Assembly: GCA_900617105.1 (NCBI GenBank)
Contig: UYFQ01000710.1
Span: 124,001-162,312 of the forward strand
DNA from: Hydrurus foetidus
Lineage: Eukaryota
DNA length: 38,312 bases
Direction: 5' to 3'
Under the pieces are notes generated by a model. The model searched no databases. It was given only the letters and a program-made list of their open reading frames with translations, and was not told the origin of the DNA. Positions within the stretch are counted from its first letter, which is position 1; every line of letters begins with the position of its first letter. This document shows, one piece after another, positions 1-12,900 of the stretch. The position numbers were made by a program, and so were the translations under genes.

Positions 1-34
1 ACATCAGCCTTACTCTACTATGTTGTGCCATATA

Positions 35-163
35 TATTCCTGTGATAGATTAAAGCTGTATTCTGTATTTCTGTGATACATTAAAGCTGTATTCTGTATT
101 CCTGTGATATATTAAAGCTGTATTCTGTATTCCTGTGATACATTAAAGCTGTATTCTGTATTC
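35..163. repeat. 31-bp tandem minisatellite, ~4.2 copies
   Basis: Unit TATTCCTGTGATACATTAAAGCTGTATTCTG starts at 35, 66, 97, 128, with a partial copy at 159. At most one substitution per copy. Confidence 0.95.
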
Positions 164-801
164 GACACCCTCTCATCATTGGTTTAACACTCCGCTACGC
201 TACGATACATTAGAAGCACTTAAACATTCATGATATACTTATCTGTTTCGAGCTGATGCTGACATGTGAAGACAGCGAGGTGGCGAACAGTGGTTGCCTC
301 TCAGGCGACGACTGTGTCTGCAGCACTTCCAATAGCTGTCTGAGCAGTGTGCAATTGTTTCTGCTTGTGGTAGATGTGCAGATTTAATGTGCTCCGCTCG
401 AAGAATCTTCTTTTCTTGAACGTAAATTGAACGATACTAATGAATGAATTTCGCGCTGTTAGATGAGACTTGTCGCCAATTTGATTTCACAACTGTTAAA
501 TGTGCCTCGAAAGTACTCCATCGCAACAGCCTGGCCATACATGATTCGTTAATAGCGTCTACGCCAAATCCAATGTGCAGTACTGTAGCCTAAATCAGCG
601 CAGTACAGCAGTACACTACAGTAGTGTAGATAGATAATTTCTAAGGTGCCTGAAGTGTCAGTCGGACTTCCGGATAAAATCACTCAATTAAAAGCACTGC
701 ATCGAATATCGAATGATCAGACATGTGTTTGACTTATTTACAATATAGTAGCAAATGTAAGTATCTAACAGGCATTGCTATAACAGAGATTGCGGAGGGA
801 G

Positions 802-1601
802 TTATGCGAGTTCTGATTCTTTGAGCATCGGGGTATTAGCAGTGGAGTCCTCTATAAGTTCAGTGACTTCCATACTCTCAAAATCCTCCTCTCCATCCTC
901 CTTAGTGACCTCTTCTTCTTCTTCCATTTCTATGCCGTCATCTTCTTCCTCCCCTTCAGGTGTCTTTGTAATTTCTTCTAATGAATTCAATCCGTTTTTA
1001 TATGCATCGAATTGTGCTTGAATATCTGCAGTTGAAGCTTTTACGAGATTTAAACGCAGCGGAATATCATCCAGAAATTTCCGCTTCTTATCCAAGACTT
1101 CCTCTTTACTCGCCATTATCAAAACGAGCTGTTCTAATCTTTTTGAAGTTTCTTCTCTATCAATTATTTCCCCATTCATTACGTCTTTTGCGGCGGCTTC
1201 TATGGCGGACAGGTCATCTGTAGAAGAGTCAATTGCGGCTAGTGGTCTGCCTATCTCCCGTTCTACAGCATTAAGTTCGGGAGTCGTGTAGTCTTTAAGG
1301 ACACGGATTTCTCTTTGCAAGTAGGCCTTTTTGTAAATAACATTTTCGAGCTGAAGCTTCAAAGTTTCCACCACTTTTTTCTCCGTCTCCACTTCAATTC
1401 GTTTCAGCTCCAGCGCCTGTTGAATCTCTCTATTAAAATGTTTCAGCTTTAAGGTGGCAATGGCTGCTTTTTTATATGGCGGTAACTTCGCATCGATTTC
1501 AATCGCCTGGAGATAAGTTATGCAAAATAAGTCTTCGTTTCAAAACAGTCTGGCGTAATAATTTCCGAATGCTATACAATGAAGGCAAGCGTTGACATCA
1601 T
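802..1601 (-). CDS. THOC5: THO complex subunit 5 / FMIP-domain protein (short form), 2 exons: 1601-1578, 1506-802
   Basis: Translation LKLKHFNREIQQALE..ETEKKVVETLKLQLENVIYKKAYLQREIRVLKDY..KKRKFLDDIPLRLNLVKASTADIQ resembles the N-terminal FMIP/Thoc5 domain as I recall it. The frame is open to a CAG acceptor at 1507. A putative phase-0 intron 1577-1507 (GTATAG..CAG) joins a short ATG exon; the first exon is less certain. Confidence 0.7.
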
Positions 1602-1677
1602 GCGGCTGCAGCCGTGTTTGCTGCCAGCCGTGTTTGACTCCATCTGTCCAGTTCGGATTTAGTCTACCTTTTGACCC

Positions 1678-2858
1678 ATGAGGCTTCCAGCGTCTATCAA
1701 TACGTCACACAAATTTCTGACACTTTCAGCCTTTAAGTCGGACCACATTGGAGTGGCAGCCATGGCACCAGTCGCTATCATACCATTGGCAACTTATTTT
1801 TTGGGTCATTTGACTGCTCGAGGCTGGAAGAAAGTCCGATGCCAAAGCTCATGCATGTCAAGTTTCCTCAGCTACAGTCTACAATACTGTGGTTATCCGG
1901 TTTTGAGTTTTGAGCCCATGTTGATTAATTTTAATTTTTTCGATCTTGAATTTCAACTTTCCTCATCCATTCAGCAGTCAGAATCACAACTGCATACGAT
2001 TACTAATGATAGGAACGAATGGTCATAGGAGCATCGAAACGCACCTCTCGATGGTCTAATTTTACAGCGAGTTGCACTTCCATTGATATGCATGACAAAA
2101 TTGGTGAACTTGAGGGCGTTGTCGAGTCTCTAAAGAAACAGCTGGTTGCATCGCAGCACAGAGAAAACAAGCTCACGAATGCGCTCGAGGATTTCGGTGT
2201 CAATACTTCTATCATCTTTGACATTGAATCAGCGGATCAGAAACTGGACTTCTCCGATCGCCGATTTACTTGTCCACTCGAACCGCAGCTGAGTTTCTCT
2301 CAATCTTTATTCGATAGAGCTGGATGGCTGATAGGGCTCCTTGTTTTCCAGAGCTGTAGCTCATTCATTCTATCAGCAAATGAAGAGTTGCTACGCGATC
2401 ATCCCACTATAGTCTTTTTCCTTACAATGCTGGTTGGAGCAGGAGGGAACGCAGGAAACCAAGCTGCTGTCCGCGTAATCAGAGGGATAGCTGTTGGCGC
2501 TTTGAACGAGAATTCTATTGGTCAATTTATCAAAAGAGAGCTCATCATGGCGTTTTCCCTCAGCATGCTCCTTGGAATGACTGGATTAGTCAGAGCTCTT
2601 CTTTCCGCTCAAACATCGATGGCAGAGACCATTGCTATAACTTTAACCTTGATGATAATCGTTTTCATTTCAATAGTAACGGGTGCATTACTACCTTTGT
2701 TACTGCAGCAATGCAGAATTGATCCAGTGCATAGCTCCACATCCATTCAAGTGATAATGGACATATCTGGTGTTCTCATAACCTGTTCAATGGCCACGAC
2801 CCTATTAGATACCCCAATCGGAAGACTTTTCCTAGCGAGACTTGGCGTCTTCGGTTAG
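1678..2858 (+). CDS. mgtE: MgtE-family divalent cation (Mg2+) transporter, membrane domain without CBS domains; exons 1678(or 1762)-1833, 2013-2858
   Basis: MgtE signature motifs RAGWLIGLL, MLVGAGGNAGNQAAVRVIRGIA and DPVHSSTSIQVIMDISG (conserved pore Asp), with about 5 hydrophobic helices. Phase-0 intron 1834-2012 (GTCCGA..CTAATGATAG) is inferred; start codon uncertain. Confidence 0.85.
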
Positions 2859-3243
2859 TTTTTCTAGACCCTGATGAAATATATCGCACAGGAATTAATT
2901 TTGACGGTCCATACTGTACGTAGTCAAGTGTCTATGGTGCTGTTATCGCCAATTTACATGATAAAATAAGTCATAGGCGGAGTAGTTCGAAATTTATTTT
3001 AAGAAGTATTTGATTACAGTAGTCTCAGTGAGCCAGAATTTCAACAGGTGAAACCAATTTCCTTTTTATTGAGCGGAACTGTCTTGCGGAGTGTAATTAC
3101 TTCATAAATTTCTTACGATGACTTCCCATTTTGATTTTTATGGTCATTCTACTGACGGACGTCGCTGCAGAAGTGAAGCAAAAAAACAATTTTCTTCGAG
3201 CATTTTCTCTCACTGTAATTTTACATAGATTAGTCGTGCAAAT

Positions 3244-3696
3244 CTACCTCCGCTGTACTATGTAATCACCCTCGTCACAATATCTTTGAAAAAGCAAGTC
3301 ATCCTCAGCCAGTAAATCAACACAGTGATCTGCTACTTCTCTCATGGCCATATCTGACCCAAATCCAATCAAAAGAGTCTTGGGCAAGCAGACGCTATGA
3401 TGTCTCCTTATTTCACCATTCAAAATCGATGGAACGATGCTTCCTAGATTACACCAAATATTTGAAAGGATTATTTGAACACCTTTCGAATCAAATCGTT
3501 GCATTCTCACCAAAAGTTCCTTCGCCAGGCTTCGCTCTCCAGTTGCTTTTCCAAAGTCGAAATGAATCCTGCACATTCACAGAATGCTGAAAAGCAACAG
3601 TTGAGTGGGATGGAGATTCGAGATTGCATGAAAAATAATTGTACCATGAAAGATAAGACTGCTCACATATATACCGCTCACCGCTTTCGAAAACAT
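3244..3696 (-). CDS. Small hypothetical protein (~90 aa), 3 exons: 3696-3682, 3568-3511, 3443-3244
   Basis: AAAACA-ATG start. Introns GTGAGC..TGCAG and GTGAGA..TCTAG have matching phases (0 and 1), giving MFSKA-DSFRLWKSNWRAKPGEGTFG-SIVPSILNGEIRRHHSVCLPK..EGDYIVQRR. No family recognised. Confidence 0.45.
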
Positions 3697-3921
3697 TGTT
3701 TTGAAAAATAAAATTTGAAAATATTGAAGAACGGGAACCCTTTGAACTTTGAACTCGAACTGTCATGATTCATGATGATGTGTCTGCTAGGTGAATACAT
3801 AATGGCATTTGGAAGCGATGCGATGCCACTGAGACATGGAACTTCATGGTCTCTCTGAAAGCGTACAGAGGTTGCTGTATTGTCCAATGATGGGATTTGA
3901 AGGCCTTTTATATTGACTGAA

Positions 3922-6900
3922 ATGATGTCATCATTGAACTCCACTTCACTGGTCAGTAGCAGGGAATGGAGTAAGATTACAGAGCAGAAGAGTAGAAGCA
4001 GTTCAAGATCTAGTGTAGCAGACAACAGTAGATCGACAGTATGCAGCCGCCTGCAATCTTCTCCTACTGCGTTTGACGTCACAGGCCTCAAATTAAGTCT
4101 AGTCGGAAGTAATATCTCCGTCATTGACAAAGTGCCAAGTACGCTGATAACGAAAGTTCAAACACTGTATTTGAGCAACAACCACATCACGACACTTGAT
4201 GGAATAGAACAATTTCAGCAACTCCGTTGCCTCTCTGTCGCCAACAATCTCATTAGATACCTAAGCAGCTTGAGACCTCTTAAACAGAGTCATTCTTTGG
4301 AGAGACTTTCTTTGGAAGGAAATACAGTAACTGGTATGCCATTCTATCGTCAGTATGTCATTAGCCTATGTCCAAATCTGCTTAATCTAGATGGCGTAGC
4401 TGTTAGTCGCGAAGAGAGGAATGTTGATCGCTCTACTGAGAGACAACTATCCGCATTTTATGACCAACTAAGACTCAACGAGTTGCAGAACATCGTTCTG
4501 AGAAATCTCTGCATGCAGCTGAATCTCCGTGCAGAATTCAGCCGTGTTGTGCTAGGAAAGTTCAGGTATGTTCCTATTTGTCTTGCAGAACTTCATGCAG
4601 ATATTTATAGAAATTTTGTTACTGGAGTATCTTCTGATCTCACTGATTTGCATCTATCAGATCGTTACGGAGTGAGAGTATTCCATCATCTCGAGATGTC
4701 GCTATGTCTATCGAGGTCGGTCGGGGTCGTGGCGTAGGGTTCCTATTGAATCAGTGTCTATCCGGAGGAGTGTTCCGATGGCTCATGCTGGCCTGTGGGG
4801 ATGACATCGACAAAGTCATTCAGGTGATACCTCACAGACAACTTACGATGATTGCTAAGAGTGTAACTCTTGTGCTATTAAAGAACGCGAAGTCATGTAT
4901 GCTTGGACTGCTATTGATTTCCTTTCAGTAAGTATTCTGAAGAATGTTCTTGCTTCGAAACTTATAATGGAATGCATTTTTAGAACATTTTTGCAAGAAA
5001 GGAACGTTTTAAGTTTCCATTCCAAAGGTCCTACACCATCTCAAATTTGAATGACAAAGAAAAACTAAAGTTGTTGAATTTTGGTAGGACATTGCACGTC
5101 GGGCGCACTTATCTCTGTTGCAGAAGATGGGTGGCAGAGAAAGAACATTAGTTTTGAAAGATCCTAAGAGCTGTTCCGCTCACTGGGAGAACACTGTGGC
5201 AGAATGCTTGAGAGTACGTACTACTATTGTTCTCATTTATTTCGCGCTTTTGTTTTATAGCCAATAATGCTGTATCTTTTTTTCATATCGAGGCCTTGAT
5301 TTGATCTAATTTGGTTTGATTTGGCACGTTCCGATATGATATGATTTGTTTTGATTTGATTTTATACGTTCCGATATTATATGATATGATACGAGATGAT
5401 ATGGTATAGTGTGATATGATATGTTATGATATGATACGAGGTGATATGATATTATTTGATTTGATGATTTGATATGAGATATGATACGAGGTGATATGAT
5501 ATTATTTGATTTGATTTGATTTGATACGTTCTGATACGTTATGATATGATACGAGATGATATGATATGATTTGATTTGATAGGATATGAGATAAAATGAC
5601 ATGATAGGATAGGATAGGATAGGATAGGATAGGATAGGATAGGATAGAATAGAATAGAATAGAATAGAATAGAATAGAATAGAATAGGATAGGATAAGAT
5701 AGGATAGGATAGGATACACACTTGGCAGATGTAAGGCAGCGATAGTTAGTTATCTTCAAAATAGAATGATGGTATTCAAATGTGTTTGATATGTCCTGTC
5801 CCGTTTGATTTCAACCACTTCATCTTTCTCTATCTTGTATTGTCATATCTTATCCGGTATATTTCTACCCCTCTCTAACTCGCTGTATTTTGATCTCTAA
5901 CTCTAGCATCGCTGCACCTCATATGAATGTCGTCTGTTTCGCGTCCATTTTACATCCACTATGTATGGCAGCATCAGCAGCAGTGTCGTCTAGTGCTGGT
6001 AGCTGAGTGCATGAGGAACAGAGGGGAGGGAGAGGGCAGCGGAGAACAGAGTGACGTCATCAATGTTTTGCAGCAAATCGAATTCGAAGCAGCCGCACTG
6101 CACACAGCATCCCAACAAGCAGCAGGCAGATGTTCTGTGGGAGGGGACGGAAGTGATGCGATGCAGTGGGTGAGGGAACATCGACTGACGTACTGCGGGG
6201 TCGGAAGCCATCATAGTCACAACTCAGTGACACCAACTTCAACTCCAACTCCAAGTCTGTCAGCGTCTACCATTCCCATCATAGCTGTTCCACTAGCACA
6301 TTCTTCCTCATCGTCATCATCTTCGTCTTCATCTTCGAACAAGATGCGTGTGAGTTTCTCCAAATCCAGCACGAAAACTTTGGATGACGTCAGCACTAGA
6401 AATCACCACGGATCCAGTACCATAGATTCCGATCCCCAAAGGATTCCAATTCGTGAATCTGGTATAAAACAAATAAAGGAAATTGGGCAAGAATCGAATT
6501 CCAGACCTTCAGACAGATTCTCGAATTTAAGTTCCAGTTCTCGAGATATTTCTCCCCCCGCCCCACCGGCCCCACCCGAACCCGATGAATCAGAACTGCA
6601 AGAGATCATACAGGCTCGATATCATTTTCTGTTGACACAAATGAGGGGTTCAAAGGGGGTGAAGAATGTTCCGATAAGAACACCACACACGGGTCACACC
6701 CCTGCACCCCCTCCGCCAGACAGCATCGTGTCAACTCAGACAGAAGGATTAACACGTACACCGTACGCACTGACGCACGCTAGAAGACACAACTCACCAC
6801 CTTTGTCCGTACCCCTGCACGTACTTGTCCCCAGTACCACTCAACGTAATGTCTCTCCCAACACACATCCTCTCCACCACCACCTCCCTTCCAATCAACC

Positions 6901-9900
6901 ATCTAGCAGCCGTTTCACTTCTGACAGTAGTCACCCTCACATTCCATCTCACACTCGCTCTCAATCGTCACTAAGACCCCCCGGTCTATCTCTGGACCCC
7001 ACACCCCAGAGCGCTTCTGAAAACAGTCCCGATTCCCTCACGGGCTCGAAGGGGTCTTACACAAAAGATGCATCTGGAGATTCAAGAGATAAAACAGATC
7101 AGAGCAGAGAAGGAGAAAGAGAAGGAGTAGTGTCGGTTAGGGAACCTTGGAAAATTCGTCAAATATCGCCGAGAAGAATTGGGAGACCAATAAGTCCACA
7201 CACTGTCAAGGGAATGTTCAATCGGAATGTCGGAATTAGAGGTTCTATAGGTCCAAGGTCCAGGTCATCCAGTCCTATACGGATATCGATGTCACCGTAT
7301 AGAATAGACCGGAGGAGTCCGGTAAGATCCGGTAAAGTAAAGGGAGTGAAGGGGGAGTATGAGGAGCGCAGTGCGATTGATTCTTTCAATGACGTCATCA
7401 AGAACAAGAACAAGAGAGGGGGCATCTCTGTCAGTCCAGCTGTACGTAGACAATCCCTCACACAATCTGTCAGCCCCAATAGAGCTGTCGGCACAGGAAA
7501 GAGATCCATCAGCCCTAAAAAGGAGTCACACAGCCGTACGGACTCAGTACGTGCGCCATCATTATCTGGAGCTAGATCCAAGGTCCTCTCATTCAGTGGC
7601 GTAAGTACGAGCGTTCTCGTTGGTGCTGTTGCTAATAGGTACAGCAATCCTGACCTGACAGGATCAATTGATTTGACCGGAAATGACAGGGTGATTTCAA
7701 GAATAAGTGTACCGGATCAATCTGATGATTTAACGGATTGTGCGGAATATAATGGATATACGGCTAGTGGTCCAGTGCTGTCTGTTATCAGTCTACTCAG
7801 TCCTCTGCCGCTGAGCAGTGTGCCTCAAAGTGAACCTGGATCAGCCGCACTGTCAGTGCTCTCTTGTGCAAATGACGGGAGGGGTAAGAGGAGTGGCTCA
7901 TCTGCAAGCAGCAGATGTAGTTCTATCACGTCACAGGTTGATATGCAGATAGTAGAGGACAGTGGTGCAAACAGGAAGAGGGAGTTTGAGAGGGAGAGGG
8001 AGAGGGGCAGTAAGGCATCAGGCATACACGCACCTGACAGCTACAATGCGCGTGGTAGTGACAGGGATAGTGATGGACAGATAGAGAATGACAGCATAGG
8101 AAGCCATGACAGGAGTAAGGATAGAGAGTCACACAATGTCTCCAGCTCGTCATCACGGGCCAGTGTGAGTGCTCATGGGAGCATGTCTGTCTCGGTGTCT
8201 GGGGCTGCATCTTCATCTAGTCGAAGGTCTACCTCTGCATCTGCTTCTGTCTCTGTATCTCCAGATAGTCACACATCAAGGTCGCGTGCATCTGACAGCC
8301 TTGAGGTGCGTGATAACGACAGTGCGACTGATATAGATAGAGGGGGGGAGAAGGAGAGGGAGAGGAAGGGATATGATGGAAGCAGTTTTTCGTCACGTGC
8401 AAGTGGTGGTGGTAGTGGTAGCGGTCGTTTGAGTGTGTCGTCATCAAAATCAGCATCTGCTGCAATGCAACCCTCCTCATCTGTATCTATGTCGCCTGAC
8501 AACCAGACAGCAGTATTCTACACAGACACCCACAAGTCAAGGGACAAAGACAGTGACAGGGAGAGTGAGAGTGAGAGAGGTGATGAGGGAGACAGATATG
8601 ACGTTACTAGCTCTTCATCAGTGGCTAGTATGAGTATGAGTGGCCGAATGAGTGTGACTTCGACACGGTCAGGGACGGGGTACGGGTCATCCTCCGTGTC
8701 TATGTCTGGGTTCACCTCTATGTCGCCTGGCACACACATACCTGACTCACATGTACCGGAGAGATACAGGGGTGGTGGAGGTGGTGATACAGTGGTGAGT
8801 AATGATAGATACGATGGGTCAAGTTCGTCAGCACGGGGTAGTGCGAGAGAACATACGAATGTACTTGTGTCTGGAATGGGTCCAAGGTCGACGTCTTTAT
8901 CCAATTGTGGTCATGCGTCTCCTGACAGTCATGCTAAGAGATCACATAATGACTCCTATCAGGGCAGTGGCATGGGAGGCAGAGAGAAGATGGTAGAGAG
9001 GGACAGGGAAAGTGACAGTGACGTGGAGACTGAAAGGGAGGCTCAAAGGGAGATAGAGAGGGAGAGGGACACAGGGGGGTATGATGGCAGCAGCTCATCA
9101 TCAAGCAGAAGTAGCAGTCATCAGACACGTGCGTCAATGTTAGCATCTGTGTCAAGAACAGCTTCGAGGGCTGTGTCGGCGTCCTGTTCCAGCTCTGTGG
9201 CACCTGACAGTATTGCATCAGGGTCACACATCACTGATCAATATAGGGGCAGAGATGGGGACAGAGATGGAGGGAGAGACAGGGAGACTGAGAGGTACCA
9301 CTGTTCCAGCTCATCATCACTAGCCAGTAGTAAAACTCACAAGAGTATACCTGCTTCTTCATCCGATTCCAGGGTTGGATCCGTGTCCGTGTCTGCATCT
9401 CATTCGATAGGGAATCAGGCACTAGGGTTGCGTGTCAAGGATGAAGACGAGGAACGGGGCAGTGATGGAGAGAGGGGGACAGGCAGTGACAGAGAGAGCA
9501 ATAGTCAGTCATCACGTTCGAGTACAGGGGGTCGTACGAGCGGGCCGCCGTTACCTAGTGGGGCTGTTTCAAGACCTTCATCTAGTCAAAGGTCTACATC
9601 CGCATCCGCCTCTGTATCTCCTGGTAGTCACACTGTGAGAACCCGTACATCTGATAGATACGAGGTGCGTGACAGTGTCAGGGCGACAGATAGAGGTAGA
9701 GAGAGGGAGATGGAAGGTCAAGAAGGCTCAGTCTCATCATCATGTGCAGGCGACAGTCAGCATGTGAGTTCGCGAGTATCAGCGTCAGGATCTGTGTTAC
9801 GATCCAGATCACACTCAAGGCCAACATCACGATCTGCCTCTGTGTCTGTATCGCGTGACAGTCACGCATTAGGGTCACGTGTTGCTGACGGCTACAAGGG

Positions 9901-12900
9901 TAAGGACAAGGGCAGTGGTAGGGAGAGTCGAAGTGACAGGGAGAGAGAAATAGACAGGGATAGGAAGGGAGAGCGGGAAAGGGGGAAAGAAAGGGATAGG
10001 GAGGGTTATGACAGCTCCAGCTCTTCATCTACAGCTGGTGGGAGTGCGAGTGTGAGTACGAGTAGTCGCAGGAGTGTACCGGTGCAGCGGACTGGTCCCA
10101 AGTCTGTGTCTGTAAATGATTCTGCTTCTATGTCCCCTGAGAGTCAGAGATCGAAATTGCATGTGACAGGTAGACATGGGGGCAGGAACAGTGATAGAGA
10201 TGGTGAAAGAGAGAGTGGGAGAGATAGTGTGGGTGTGAGACATCAAGGCAGCAGCGCCAATCCTCTAAGCGCCATCTATCACGATGACTCTCCATGCGTA
10301 TCAGCACCAGCCTCTCCTCCCTCATCACAGACACGGTCGCAGTCACAGTCCTCATCATCTGGCAGTGAAGGAGAATCAAGTAGATATGAGGGCAGGAACA
10401 GCGATAGTAACAGAGATGGTGATAAAGAGAGTGGGAGTAACAAAGATACCGTAGGACATCCACGAAGCAGCCCCAAACCTCGGAGTATAGTTAAGCCTCG
10501 AAGTGGATCAACATCAGCATCATCACAGTCCACATCCCCTGACAGTGAAGACGAAGGAGAAGAAGAAGGAGAAGAAGAAGGAGAGGACGAGTCATTAAAC
10601 AGCGCCTCCATGAGAAGCAGAATAAGTGAAGCAGATAGAGGACTAGCCATCCGCCTTGAAAGCTCTAACGGTCCTTCTACGAGACCCAGTCTATCGCGGC
10701 TGTTGCGAATCAAAGTCCAAGAACCCTGGAGTCCTCCACACACACCGCCAGAGATGGACGTAAAGATGCATCCTCCAGTCGAGTTGCACGGACTGCTGGT
10801 ACGTGCCAAGAGAAGGGTAGATGTGCTAGATGACTGGATGGGAGAGGAGAGCAGTGCATGGGATGTGACCATTAATATGGACAGTATACATGAAGAGCAC
10901 AGGGAAGCTGTCACGATTGTGTCAGGAACGCTCTATGATCACGAGGATAAACAGGGCATTTTAGGCCCTACCCCTTCTGCACTGATACACGGCAGGTCAA
11001 TGGAGAGGATGGACAGCATTGCCAATGGGAAGCCAAGCATGAAAATGTTGAAATTCTAGTGGAAGAGGCTTTGCACGACTTAGCGGTTATGCGAAGAAAT
11101 GAAGTGTTATCCTGGGAATGCAATGACGCACTCAGAATATCTGCCAAAGCGATCAGAACATCAGTTGTTACCCTTGCTGATAATGGGTTGGAGAGATTGA
11201 GAGAGTATAGGGAGAGGGTTGTGGCGCTGCGCGCTGATAGAGATGCAGCGGTGCACTGGAGTGAGTTTGTTCAATCTACGTTGGATAAAGTAGAGGTGAG
11301 ATATGGAGGGTAATGCAACGATGTTTGTCAATGAGTATGATGGGAAGAGGTCTAGGTAGTGTAGTGTTCTTGGTAGCCTTAAATGAGAAAGGGAAAGGAA
11401 AGGAAAGGAAAGGAAAAGGAAAGGGAAAGAAAGGGAAAGAAAGGAAAGGAAAGGAAAGGAAAGGAAGGGGGGGGATCAAGAACAGGAAAGTTATCGATGA
11501 GAAGAGATTTTTCTAATTAAAATCAAACCTATTTTCACTGAATGAGCCTCTGAGTACTGCGACCAGTAACCAATACTACAATGTACTTGTCCTCTCATGT
11601 CGCAGGTGGAGAGATTGCATTTGGAAGAGATGAGAGAGATCGAAGACGAAGTGCTGGCATACAAGACGAGCTGTGAGGAGGGAATAGAAAAGGAGAATTC
11701 CAAAGGACAGTCTTTACGACATACGTCATCAGAAGGTGCGTGCGTCACTCATGTTCTGCAGGAGATTCTTAAGAGTACTACATTATAGTATAGCATTTGA
11801 GCACACCATTTACAAAAGCAATGAGTCAATTATGATGCGTGGTATTCCTACAGATGTAGCGAGGCTGTGTATGCTATGTTGTGTTTTTGTTTAATCTTAT
11901 ATGATGTCCTACCTCGTCCACATGTACTAGTACTTGTACTTGCACTACAGTGCATATTCTCATGTGTGTGTTCTTCTATTACCCTCTGCTTTGGTCAGTC
12001 CTTCCCCTCACCTACAGTATCTGTTGCTGTGCCGTACTTGAATGTGAGATTCTCTAACTGTCCCCCACCCCCACCCCCCTCACTCCACCCCTCTCCCTCC
12101 CCATTTTCTGCTTAACCCTCCTCCCTATCTCCTTACCTTATTCCCTTTTTTTCTGCCTGCCTTGCCATGTCCGTCATTCTTTCTGATGATTAGTTTATCT
12201 AGCTATAGAAGCGATGAAAAAAGAAGAAATTCTAGAATCCGGATCCAAGATCTCACGGGACGGTAGACTGAATGATGCAGCACTCAATCTCTACAAAAGG
12301 TTCTTAAGCTTCAAGCGCGGAACATTCCGCACTCTGAAAATGCGTACTAGGAAACTGAAGGTTCTGAGAATATTCCGTGGGAAATGTGTCCGTACTGCTG
12401 ATAGGAGGAGAGTTGAGTACGTCTTTTCTCTATGGAAGAGAAGGCGGGAAATAGCCGTAAAAGGCCGTGTGTTAGCCGCATGGACCAGATCAGATCAGAT
12501 CCTCCGTCCATGCTTAATGATATGGAGGGAGAATGAAATGCTGGGTAGAATAGCTGATGTCATGTTTCTCAAGGTGTTACGCTGGAGAGCTGTACTGTGG
12601 GTGCGTACGTTACGCACTATGGCGTACGCACGTAAATCAGCGACAGTACGGAAACATAGAAGAGAAGGCGCGGCTCTGTGCTTCTTTGTGAGAAGAATAT
12701 TCTTTGCTTGGTCCAAGTACGCATGTGACTGTCGACTAGATCCCCTAAGGGAAGCATACGGTAAAGTACGTGCCGTACGGTTCGTGAAGGGAAGAGTGCT
12801 CTGTGCGTGGGTGACACTTGCTAGAGAGAGTAAGCTAAGGAGGGAAAGGGAGGCAGTGGTAGTGGAGACGAGGAGGATGGAGAGAGTTCTTGGTTTTTGT

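Noticed and set aside
35..163. Possible CRISPR array (also considered for 23519-24343)
   Set aside because: Units are directly tandem with no unique spacers, no cas genes are present, and the context is eukaryotic.
240..545. Coding-like sequence, possibly an exon of a gene leaving the window
   Set aside because: No consistent splice or phase model and no recognisable protein on either strand.
612..628. TACACTAC-A-GTAGTGTA inverted repeat
   Set aside because: 8-bp stem within CAGTA-type simple repeats, expected by chance.
5306..5759. Minus-strand ORFs rich in ILSYP/ILFYS
   Set aside because: Translations of pentanucleotide microsatellites within an intron.
5990..10914. Numerous antisense and alternate-frame ORFs over the giant exon (likewise over APC4 and the gag genes)
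   Set aside because: Shadow ORFs of low-complexity coding sequence with no independent motifs.
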